Part shown: piece by piece, positions 1-7,022 of the stretch
Position numbering within the stretch: position 1 is the stretch's first letter
How the letters are laid out: every line of letters starts with the position of its first letter
Source of the DNA: Alphaproteobacteria bacterium
Lineage (GTDB): Bacteria > Pseudomonadota > Alphaproteobacteria > UBA7887
Direction: 5' to 3'
Assembly (NCBI GenBank): GCA_965216755.1
Contig: CBDCGL010000006.1
Span: 1 to 12,279, forward strand
Length of the DNA stretch: 12,279 nucleotides
Notes under the pieces: generated by a model
Told to the model about the DNA's origin: nothing
The model's database searches: none
The model's input: the letters and a program-made list of their open reading frames with translations, nothing else
Translations under genes and position numbers: made by a program

Positions 1-125
1 AGCGCAATCCGCCGCCTGCGACAACGCATTCCATCCCGTCGAAGTCGTATTCGGGGAACATTGACAACCAGTTAGCGTGAGCCAAGTAGGCGGCATTTTG
101 CGCCGGGCTATTCCGCGGCGCGCAA

Positions 126-156
126 CAATCTCGTTGCAATATCGTAACAATATCGT
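126..156 (+). repeat. Three direct repeats CAAT(C/A)TCGT with 11-bp period
   Basis: CAATCTCGT at 126, CAATATCGT at 137 and CAATATCGT at 148. Confidence 0.8.
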
Positions 157-185
157 GTAAGAATTCGCTTACTGACCTACACAGA

Positions 186-240
186 GCGACCTGCCCGTCG
201 ACCCCCCGATGCGACACCAAGGGCAGGTCGCGTTGTATTT
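186..240 (+). terminator. Long stem-loop followed by a U-rich tail (terminator or sRNA 3' end)
   Basis: GCGACCTGCCC (186-196) pairs perfectly with GGGCAGGTCGC (221-231). Inner GTCG/CGAC stem with a C6 loop. GTTGTATTT follows. Confidence 0.5.
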
Positions 241-374
241 GCCCCCACCGCAACTGCTTCGTTGGTCTGGCGCCCCATCACCATATGCTTGATTTGTTTG
301 TAGCTAGTTGCATAACAGTGGCAACCACCTGCGGCCATGCTATTTATAATTGCAGTTAAGCCCGGCAATTCTTC

Positions 375-427
375 GTAACCCAGTGGGGCAGATTTTTCTT
401 GACAATTGTGACCCAATGGGGTAGTAA
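375..427 (+). promoter_or_regulatory. TA promoter with two palindromic operators
   Basis: GTAACCCAGTGGGGCA (375-390) and GTGACCCAATGGGGTA (408-423) each have a CCCA-N-TGGG core. They flank TTGACA (399-404), and TAGTAA lies 17 nt downstream of it (422-427). Confidence 0.75.
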
Positions 428-771
428 TGCGCTCACTACTTATCACGGTCGTCGAAACTAAACCCTTTATGGCCGAAGCGAAGGGCCGCATGAAGGCCAC
501 GGAGGTAGAAGCCCTCATCGATTATCTTGCGGCAAGACCCGAGGCGGGCGATGTTATTCAGGAAACTGGTGGCCTTCGCAAGATAAGATTTGGGATAGGA
601 AATAGGGGCAAAAGTAGCAGCGTTCGCGTAGTCTACTACTATTACAACGATACGATGCCTCTGTTCCTGCTAACCGTGTTTGCAAAGAATGAGAAGAATA
701 ATCTATCCAAAGCGGAGCGCAACGCGTTAGCAAAAGTTGCCCGAGCGTTGCGAGATAGTTATGGAGAGTGA
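427..771 (+). CDS. higB: Type II toxin, RelE/ParE superfamily (HigB2-like)
   Basis: Motifs ITVVET, GDVIQETGGLRKIR, GKSSSVRVVYYY and LLTVFAKNEKNNLS. The toxin lies upstream of an HTH antitoxin. Confidence 0.9.
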   Translation: MRSLLITVVETKPFMAEAKGRMKATEVEALIDYLAARPEAGDVIQETGGLRKIRFGIGNRGKSSSVRVVYYYYNDTMPLFLLTVFAKNEKNNLSKAERNALAKVARALRDSYGE

Positions 772-774
772 GCG

Positions 775-1083
775 GTGAGCAGCAAAGCATTCAAGAAAAT
801 TATGGACGGCCTCACGGATGCCTTGGCCTATGCTGAAGGCGATGAGAGCAAAGGCAAAGCTCACGAGGTCGAGGTGCCGCAAGTGGATGTGCGGGCCGCG
901 CGAAAGAAGCTTGGGCTATCGCAAGACAAATTTGCCGCTGCTTTCAAGATTAGCGCATCAACCCTCCGCAAATGGGAACAAGGATCTCGTCATCCCCAAG
1001 GACCGGCTCAAGTGCTCCTTGCCGTGATCGATAAGGAGCCGGAAGCTGTAAAGCGCGCGTTGGGAGCGAAGGTAGCGGCCTAA
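775..1083 (+). CDS. higA: XRE-family HTH antitoxin (HigA-like)
   Basis: DVRAARKKLGLSQDKFAAAFKISASTLRKWEQGSRHPQGPAQVLL is a HigA2-type HTH. GTG start 3 nt after the toxin stop, with GGAG upstream. Confidence 0.9.
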   Translation: MSSKAFKKIMDGLTDALAYAEGDESKGKAHEVEVPQVDVRAARKKLGLSQDKFAAAFKISASTLRKWEQGSRHPQGPAQVLLAVIDKEPEAVKRALGAKVAA

Positions 1084-1291
1084 TAGAAATACACTCGCAC
1101 CGGCCTACTTGTACTCGCTCTCCAGAGCCTGAAAAGCCTTCACGACAAAGACGATATTGCCGGCTGTTAGATGCGACGGTAGCGGCGGCTGCAATTGAAA
1201 ACAAATCCACTGCCAGACTGTGTGGCGGCGACTGACGTGTTTTTACGGCACACATGAGGCATGAGAATGACCCGTTGGTGGTCACTGTCTC

Positions 1292-2065
1292 TCACCAACC
1301 ACACAATTCCCGTATCTTGTTTCTTCTGTCGATTTCGATCTTGGCCAACGCTTCCTCGAACACCATCGAGCGAAACATTGGCCGCGGCACGTAACTCATG
1401 CTTACTTCCACAGACGCGTCATCGTTTGGAATACCATCACCAAGTTTTTCGCCTGATTTGGCGACAACACGAATACCGATTTCGATCTCATAGATACTTT
1501 TGAAATGCTGACCCAGGCTGTTCTGATAGTAGACAACAATGCGCAATCTTGATGCGTCGTGTGATTCACGGGTAGGATCCGTTGCAATGCGATGCAGATT
1601 GAGCCGATAGGCTTCACGGACATCATCGAAGAAATGAGTGATAAGATTGTTCCCGAAGCTAAGTGATAAGTCACTTACATCATCGCCCGATCTGATAAAC
1701 GGGATGATGTCGGGATCGAAGCGCATTGGTATTACTTTGTGATCATCTATACTTGAATGCCGGAGGATTACCTCTCCATCAACTTGAACAGATATGGCTG
1801 GCGCGTTTCCAACATTCGTTAGCAGCAGATTGACCGCCATGTTTCGTCTTTCTGGCCCAAACGTTGCTCCAATACTGATTTTTTTGACCCCGATACCAAT
1901 AACAGGGTTTAACGAGAGGCGAGATTGACGTGACGTCGCCCTTAGTATCCCTCTAGTCCAATACGCATAAAAAGCCGTGATAATTGCGAGAGAGACTGTA
2001 GCCAGGGTCGTGACCGCGCCGGAGTTACTGTTCAGTGCTTCAATGAGCATTTCAAAGTAGGTCAT
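1292..2065 (-). CDS. Hypothetical protein with an N-terminal membrane anchor and a beta-rich soluble domain (257 aa)
   Basis: Start chosen at ATG 2065 (AGGGTG upstream) rather than 2134. Hydrophobic helix VTTLATVSLAIITAFYAYW, then alternating beta-strand patterns (LLLTNVGNAPAISVQV). Visibly more AT-rich than the core genes. Confidence 0.8.
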   Translation of the reverse strand: MTYFEMLIEALNSNSGAVTTLATVSLAIITAFYAYWTRGILRATSRQSRLSLNPVIGIGVKKISIGATFGPERRNMAVNLLLTNVGNAPAISVQVDGEVILRHSSIDDHKVIPMRFDPDIIPFIRSGDDVSDLSLSFGNNLITHFFDDVREAYRLNLHRIATDPTRESHDASRLRIVVYYQNSLGQHFKSIYEIEIGIRVVAKSGEKLGDGIPNDDASVEVSMSYVPRPMFRSMVFEEALAKIEIDRRNKIRELCGW

Positions 2066-2216
2066 CGCGGTCACCCTGCAACAACAATTTATCAATCCGC
2101 CGGTCGACGTAGCGTGCCGCACCGCCAGGGCCATTTTCTTCGATCAGCGCTTGGGCGCGTTGTTCGATGTTGGGTTCAGCGCCGCCTCCAGAGCGGTTGG
2201 CATTCCGGAAAGTCAT
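2052..2216 (-). pseudogene. Small helical ORF, possibly a truncated remnant
   Basis: IEQRAQALIEENGPGGAARYVDRRIDKLLLQGD reads as an amphipathic helical protein and ends inside the start of the 257-aa gene. The family resemblance is from memory only. Confidence 0.35.
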
Positions 2217-2270
2217 GAACATATTTGGGTCAACGCTTTCGTACAGACTTACTGAAAGGACCCTAACTAT

Positions 2271-2522
2271 ATGGCGATAGATCGAATGAAGGAACTCCAG
2301 GACCGCTGTAAGCAGCTCGGCATCAGCGCAGAGCCCAACGGCTTTAGGCCCAGTAGCAATGCCATTGTTCCAATTCCGGTGACTGAGCCGGAGCTTGAGC
2401 GGCGCATCGGCGAGAAAGAAAGCCACATCAGAGAAAATCGACTTTGGTGGGTCGCCCTGGCCTCAGCTGTGGCCAGTGGGATCAGTGCGGCCACAGCCCT
2501 GTGGGCTGTCATCGCGAACTGA
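2271..2522 (+). CDS. Small protein with a C-terminal transmembrane helix (83 aa)
   Basis: AAAGGA SD at 2255-2260. C-terminal LWWVALASAVASGISAATALWAVI. Confidence 0.7.
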   Translation: MAIDRMKELQDRCKQLGISAEPNGFRPSSNAIVPIPVTEPELERRIGEKESHIRENRLWWVALASAVASGISAATALWAVIAN

Positions 2523-2609
2523 GGATCGCCACGCAGCACCCCTGGCCGATCGGGGGAACACACCGAACCACCGGCAGGATCAAAGTCCCTGTACCGGGCG
2601 ATATGGGCC

Positions 2610-2647
2610 AAATAGAAAAGGCGTCAGGTCGATCACAACCTGACGCC
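2610..2647 (-). terminator. Rho-independent terminator of the leftward replication operon
   Basis: GGCGTCAGGT (2620-2629) / ACCTGACGCC (2638-2647) stem, followed on the minus strand by TTTTCTATTT. It lies ~35 nt after the stop at 2683. Confidence 0.75.
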
Positions 2648-2682
2648 CTTGGGGGTCGGCGGAGTATCACAAACACCGCCCG

Positions 2683-3027
2683 TTATGCCATCTCCTTCCG
2701 GTATGCATACTTTGCTCTTCGGTGGCGCTCCACCTCGTGCAGGGCCATTCCTTTCATCGCGTCGTGATAGGCGACCATGAATTTGTATTCCAGCTTGCTG
2801 GGATTTCCGTCATTAGCTGCCCGTAAAACTTCACACAGTTTGTTCTTCGCTGCGGTCAGTCGCCGACGCTGCGGTCTGAAGCTTCGATGTGGTGACCACT
2901 TGAGGGCAGCCTGGAATTCCCTCCAAAGAATTAGTCCATCGAACATCCCTTTCTGGTATGGGTCTTCAAGATTGTCGTTTTGCGATTGCAACCAGATAAC
3001 GTTGCTTCCGCGTGGTGCTGTAGTCAT
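2683..3027 (-). CDS. Hypothetical protein (114 aa)
   Basis: Strong SD AAGGAGAG upstream of the ATG. Co-oriented with the primase operon and followed by a terminator. Confidence 0.7.
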   Translation of the reverse strand: MTTAPRGSNVIWLQSQNDNLEDPYQKGMFDGLILWREFQAALKWSPHRSFRPQRRRLTAAKNKLCEVLRAANDGNPSKLEYKFMVAYHDAMKGMALHEVERHRRAKYAYRKEMA

Positions 3028-3104
3028 CGTTTTTCTCTCCTTCGTTTGTCACCGTCATTAAGGAAAAGTCAGGTCAGCGGGGACGATGGGAACCGCCGGC
3101 CATC

Positions 3105-3470
3105 TCAATATCTCCCGTAGGTCCGACGTTGCGCCTGCGCTTTCTCAATGGTCCTTTGAACCATTGCCCCTGGCACCTTCCGTCCGTGCACTGATAGAGA
3201 GATCAAGAAAGCGGTAAGGAAGTCGTCGAGGTCGACGCCTGGCTTGGTCGCAATGTGCATCGGCCAGTCGAGTATCTTGGGTTTTGACGGGTCGGCGGTG
3301 TGGTAAACCCGTTCGAGTTCCGTCTTCTTGATGTAGTACTGCTCGTCTCGGCGCTCTACGCCGTGGGTCGTGACCGACCATTGTCGTCCTTGCCAGAGCA
3401 CCTTGCTCAGTCTGTGTCTGGCGCGTACGCGATTTGTCGAGTGGTAGATTGGGTTGTTGAATTGTTGCAT
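3105..3470 (-). CDS. Hypothetical phage/satellite-type protein (121 aa)
   Basis: Starts 3 nt after the primase stop. Conserved-looking motifs WQGRQWSVTTHGVE and DWPMHIATKPGVDLDDF. Confidence 0.8.
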   Translation of the reverse strand: MQQFNNPIYHSTNRVRARHRLSKVLWQGRQWSVTTHGVERRDEQYYIKKTELERVYHTADPSKPKILDWPMHIATKPGVDLDDFLTAFLISLSVHGRKVPGAMVQRTIEKAQAQRRTYGRY

Positions 3471-3473
3471 TGC

Positions 3474-5756
3474 TCAGGTGTCCTTTTTGCCTGGGGTTTC
3501 GTCGTCAAATGCGTTGTCGAGGTCCTCGGGGGAAACATCCTCGATCTCGCGGGCGGAGATCTTGACCGTTCGGCCTTTTCGCGTCTTGTTGTTCGGGAAC
3601 TTGTCAAAGACGTGGATGATGTAATCGCTGGCCTCGTATTCGCCGGGGACAAGCTGCTTCTTCAGAGTTGTCTCCCCGTAATTGTCGTGACCGACACATT
3701 CCTCAATGACATTCCGCAGTGACATTTCAAACGGCCGGTCCGATAGGTCGGCGTCACCAACAAGCTCGTTGGCGAGCCCCGTCCACCACATTTTCTGTTC
3801 GTCTTTTTCGCTGAGCTGTGCGTTCGGGTCGAAGAAAAATGCCAAGCTGTCTTTTTTAATCCCATCGGCGTCATGGCCAAGGGGGACGACCCGGCCACGC
3901 ATGCATAGCTTGTCCTTCCACCCCCGGCCGCGTCTTGCTTTCACGCTTGTCAGCCAAGTTTGAAATTGCGTTTTGTCAGCATCAGTAGAGGTGGCCGACC
4001 AAAGGAGATCGACGGCGGCCGACGTCGCCGATGAACCCCGAACGCCGCGGGAGGGGTCTTTGCCACTGTGATGAACCCCGAACGTGAAGCAGTCGAAGGT
4101 GTCCCGGATTGCATCCATCCACTTGGTCAATTCACTGGCATCTTGCGCCGAGTTCTCGTCCAGCTGACCGGCCCACCGGGCGACCGTATCAATGACCACC
4201 AAGCCGACGTTGCCACATTTGCGCTTACAGGCCGTCAGGAACGCTTGCCGGGTCCCCTCGTCCCGAAAATTTGGTAACTCTGAGAAGATATGAACCCGCG
4301 GGCACGGCTTCGTATCGTTGGCCTCCAGCCAAGCGGCAACACGTAGTTTGATATCGTCCTCACCTTCACCAGTGAGGTAGATGACATCAGGCGTTGAGGT
4401 CGTTTTGTTTCCGGCCCAATCCATACCTCTTGCGACCCGTTGAAGGAGATCCAAGATCACGAAGCTTTTGAATGCAGACCATGATCCGTAGAGAATTCCC
4501 GTGCCCTTTTCCGGCAGGACATTCGCAATAAGCCAACGGGGATCGGGCATCGCCAAATAGTCATTCTCGCTACGACACCGCTCAATCCAGTACTCGGCGT
4601 CAGCGGGCGTCAGCTCCTTTGACTTGTTGTCATCATCGTTGTCATTGGCGTTTACGAGCCTGGCATGCGCGAGTTCTGGCTCGCCCAGTGCTTCCGCATA
4701 TCCCACCATCCGCGCTCGAAAACTCCTAGGCGCATGACTGTTGTGAGCATAGGCGTAAGCGTTTCGGATCTTCCGGTCTAACTCGCGCGGCTCCCATTCG
4801 GGCTCACAACGCGGATTGAAGTAGGCGTCCATCAGCTCCAGGCATTTGTCCCGGGAGATGCTGAAGTCACGCACGTCGCACGCCACGTCATAGGTTCGTT
4901 GGTCGCCACCTTTGCCTTCGATCGCCGGAGCGGTCGACCTCAAGTAAGCCATGACGCTTTCGATGTCGTACAGATCGTCATACGCCTCGAATTTCCGGCT
5001 TCGATCTGTCTCGGGTGTGGCTTCTTTCAGCCGTTGAACCAACCATTCGGGGGCAGCCGTCGGTTTGCTGCCATCCGGCAAAGGCGCATAAACTTTCACG
5101 TAGCCACCGAGCCCGCGCGTATCGACGCAGGGGCCAAGCTTGCAGGCACTATTACTGGTTGGGGCGGGTGTGGTCACGAATAGGTGCCTGCCGCCAGATG
5201 GACTGTCTTGATGGCAGGCACTCGGGACTTCTTCGCCTCCCTGGGAGACCATGGTCTTCAGGGTCTCCGCGCCACTGACACCGTCCTTTGTGTCTAGGTC
5301 AACGGCCATCAAATGGCCGGAGCCGTCGGCGACTTCATGCCCCATAGCAGCACCGAGGTCGTGCCCCTCGTCAATCCAGCCATCGATCACTTTGATGTCG
5401 TCTGTGAGGATCGCTTTCCAGCTGACGCCGGGGATCGGCATTTTGGTGCGCGCCGTCAGTGGTAGAAGCGGGATACCATGAGCCACCCAAGTCCGGGCCC
5501 AGCGCTTCAGGTCGGCCCGGTCGATCGGATCTTGGAGGTTGACGCCTGGAGGCGGTTCATTAGCCGGATTACCAAAGTACTGAAGACCAAAATCAAAGTC
5601 ATGTGTCAAAATATCAAAAGATGCATTGAGTAATTGATCAGATTGATCTTGACATTTCGAGCTGATGATACTAGTTTGTCTTTCAGTTTTCATTGTCATC
5701 GTCCTTTTTGAACCCCCGGTTGCTTCCCTGACCGGGGGTTTTCTCTTTCTATTCAT
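3474..5756 (-). CDS. Bifunctional DNA primase/polymerase (Prim-Pol, AEP) + PriCT-like helical domain + AAA_25/RepA-like SF4 helicase
   Basis: AEP motifs AVDLDTKDG, SPSGGRHLF and VDTRGLGGYV. Helical domain FNPRCEPEWEPRELDRKIRNAY. Walker A variant GSWSAFKS, Walker B LVVIDT, and HHSGKD...RGSSA. The start is either 5756 (ATGA overlap with the xis stop) or 5693 (AAAGGA SD 8 nt upstream). Confidence 0.92.
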   Translation of the reverse strand: MNRKRKPPVREATGGSKRTMTMKTERQTSIISSKCQDQSDQLLNASFDILTHDFDFGLQYFGNPANEPPPGVNLQDPIDRADLKRWARTWVAHGIPLLPLTARTKMPIPGVSWKAILTDDIKVIDGWIDEGHDLGAAMGHEVADGSGHLMAVDLDTKDGVSGAETLKTMVSQGGEEVPSACHQDSPSGGRHLFVTTPAPTSNSACKLGPCVDTRGLGGYVKVYAPLPDGSKPTAAPEWLVQRLKEATPETDRSRKFEAYDDLYDIESVMAYLRSTAPAIEGKGGDQRTYDVACDVRDFSISRDKCLELMDAYFNPRCEPEWEPRELDRKIRNAYAYAHNSHAPRSFRARMVGYAEALGEPELAHARLVNANDNDDDNKSKELTPADAEYWIERCRSENDYLAMPDPRWLIANVLPEKGTGILYGSWSAFKSFVILDLLQRVARGMDWAGNKTTSTPDVIYLTGEGEDDIKLRVAAWLEANDTKPCPRVHIFSELPNFRDEGTRQAFLTACKRKCGNVGLVVIDTVARWAGQLDENSAQDASELTKWMDAIRDTFDCFTFGVHHSGKDPSRGVRGSSATSAAVDLLWSATSTDADKTQFQTWLTSVKARRGRGWKDKLCMRGRVVPLGHDADGIKKDSLAFFFDPNAQLSEKDEQKMWWTGLANELVGDADLSDRPFEMSLRNVIEECVGHDNYGETTLKKQLVPGEYEASDYIIHVFDKFPNNKTRKGRTVKISAREIEDVSPEDLDNAFDDETPGKKDT
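5649..5677 (+). promoter_or_regulatory. Sigma70-type promoter antisense to the primase gene
   Basis: TTGACA (5649-5654) - 17 nt - TAGTTT (5672-5677). Confidence 0.6.
5684..5748 (+). ncRNA. Predicted counter-transcribed antisense RNA (~65 nt)
   Basis: Bounded by the antisense promoter and a plus-strand terminator. Complementary to the SD and the ATGs at 5699 and 5693 of the primase mRNA. Ends are estimated. Confidence 0.55.
5711..5748 (+). terminator. Rho-independent terminator on the antisense strand
   Basis: Perfect 10-bp stem AACCCCCGGT (5711-5720) / ACCGGGGGTT (5731-5740), then TTCTCTTT. There is no U-tract in the minus direction. Confidence 0.75.
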
Positions 5757-5959
5757 GGCATGGCCTCCGCCGTCTCTTTGGTTTCACTGGCCGTATCGAG
5801 CATTCGGTCCAAGGCCGCCACGGGCACAAAAAACCGATTACCGATACGAATAGTCGGGATGTCCCCCTTCTTGGCGGCTGCATAGGCGGTTGGTGCCGAC
5901 ATTCCCAGGAACCGACGCGCAGCCTCTTTCAGGGGGATCGCTTTACGTTCGTCGCTCAT
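5753..5959 (-). CDS. Excisionase/AlpA-like winged HTH protein (HTH_17-like)
   Basis: IPLKEAARRFLGMSAPTAYAAAKKGDIPTIRIGNRFFVPVAALDRML. Strong SD AAGGAG. First gene of the primase operon. Confidence 0.88.
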   Translation of the reverse strand: MSDERKAIPLKEAARRFLGMSAPTAYAAAKKGDIPTIRIGNRFFVPVAALDRMLDTASETKETAEAMP

Positions 5960-5994
5960 AAAATCTCTCCTTGAGTTCTAACTTGTCCGGAATT

Positions 5995-6022
5995 AGTATC
6001 GCAAAAACTCAGAAAAAGTCAA
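5995..6022 (-). promoter_or_regulatory. Putative promoter of the xis-primase operon
   Basis: Minus-strand TTGACT (6022-6017) - 16 nt - GATACT (6000-5995), in the divergent intergenic region. Confidence 0.55.
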
Positions 6023-6078
6023 TTAAACGCGCTCCATCTGAGCGACGTTCGAACCGGACCGGTAAAGGATTGAAAAGA

Positions 6079-6717
6079 ATGGCAAAACCAGGGAGGCCGG
6101 CGGGGTCGGGAAAGAAGAGTTCGGCAATCATGATCCGGATGGCGCCGGACCTGCGCGAAGCGCTCGACAAAGCGGCCAAAGCGGATGGGTGCACGATGAC
6201 TGCGGAAGTCGAGCGTCGCCTGCGCGCCACTTTCGACCCCCTGACGGAGAAGACGTGGGCGGACGGCATCGAACTCGCACTCGCCAGCACGCCACAGTCT
6301 TATGGGCTGCTATTGCTGATTGCTGACTTGGTGGATCGTGTGCAGGTCACGTGCATTGGCACGTGGCACAAGGATGCGTTTGCTCGTCAGAAGGTGCGAG
6401 AGGCCATCATGCTCGTGCTCGACGCCCTGTTGCCCGAGCCCGCAGAGGGGATGCCAGCGCCGCAGCCAAAAAAAGGCTCAACGGCATGGGCGCTTGGCCT
6501 CGACCCCGCCCTGTCCAACTTCGTGAGCGCTGTGGAGCAGGTGTTGCAGAAGCCCGAAACAATCCGCGGGATGCTGCGCGATGATGTGCCGTACTGGCCG
6601 GCGCCATCAGGAACTACTCTCCGCTATGTGGCTATTCACGAAAAGCTGGGTAAAGAGTTGGTCCACGAATTGGCACTCTCTCTTCATCGAAAGTGGCCTC
6701 AAAATAGGACAGAATAA
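6079..6717 (+). CDS. Arc-like ribbon-helix-helix regulator with an extra C-terminal helical domain (212 aa); probable repressor
   Basis: AIMIRMAPDLREALDKAAKADGCTMTAEVERRL matches the Arc pattern. ATG 6079 has an AAAGGA SD. Divergent from xis. Confidence 0.8.
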   Translation: MAKPGRPAGSGKKSSAIMIRMAPDLREALDKAAKADGCTMTAEVERRLRATFDPLTEKTWADGIELALASTPQSYGLLLLIADLVDRVQVTCIGTWHKDAFARQKVREAIMLVLDALLPEPAEGMPAPQPKKGSTAWALGLDPALSNFVSAVEQVLQKPETIRGMLRDDVPYWPAPSGTTLRYVAIHEKLGKELVHELALSLHRKWPQNRTE

Positions 6718-6849
6718 CTGATCCATATTCGTCGCGAGGGGCCGCGACGAATGGCGACGAATAGATGCAAAGAATAACTAAGTCATTGGTTTATAAAGGA
6801 AAGAGTCGGCGCGAAGGGCGCGACGAATAATACTTAACAGCAATTATAG

Positions 6850-6899
6850 CGACCAGGGGGCGGGGGTGGTGTGAGCGTTAGCGAACACCCCCCTGGTCG
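6850..6899 (+). other. Central hairpin of the origin (ssi/sso-like)
   Basis: CGACCAGGGGG (6850-6860) / CCCCCTGGTCG (6889-6899). An inner GGTGT/ACACC stem closes the loop GAGCGTTAGCGA. Confidence 0.65.
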
Positions 6900-7009
6900 A
6901 TAAGCCAATGTTCAAGAGATGTGAATGGGAATGGGTCATCCAGATTTAATTCGTCGCGACACACACACTCTAGGACGAATAAATCGCGACGAATCCAATT
7001 CCTATTTTT

Positions 7010-7022
7010 TATCAATAGGTTA
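7010..7022 (+). promoter_or_regulatory. IHF-binding consensus site
   Basis: TATCAATAGGTTA is an exact WATCAANNNNTTR match. One-mismatch copies lie at 6779-6791 (-), 7112-7124 (-) and 7291-7303 (+). Confidence 0.6.

Noticed and set aside
1-426. tRNA/tmRNA fragment as an att core
   Set aside because: No cloverleaf, T-loop consensus or CCA-end context is visible.
1151-1160. Reverse copy (ACGATATTGC) of the 126-156 repeat unit beyond the TA pair
   Set aside because: A single 10-bp match with no other symmetry could be chance, so it is too weak to call cassette ends.
4460-4500. Inactive helicase because Walker A reads GSWSAFKS
   Set aside because: The catalytic Lys-Ser, Walker B and downstream SF4 motifs are intact. 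The G-to-F change alone does not show inactivation.
3300-5853. Plus-strand ORFs inside the primase operon, and similar shadow ORFs opposite other genes
   Set aside because: These are antisense shadows expected in GC-rich coding DNA.
5971-6078. 36-aa N-terminal extension of the Arc regulator from TTG 5971
   Set aside because: It spans the divergent promoter region and abuts the xis SD. ATG 6079 has a good SD and directly precedes the RHH domain.
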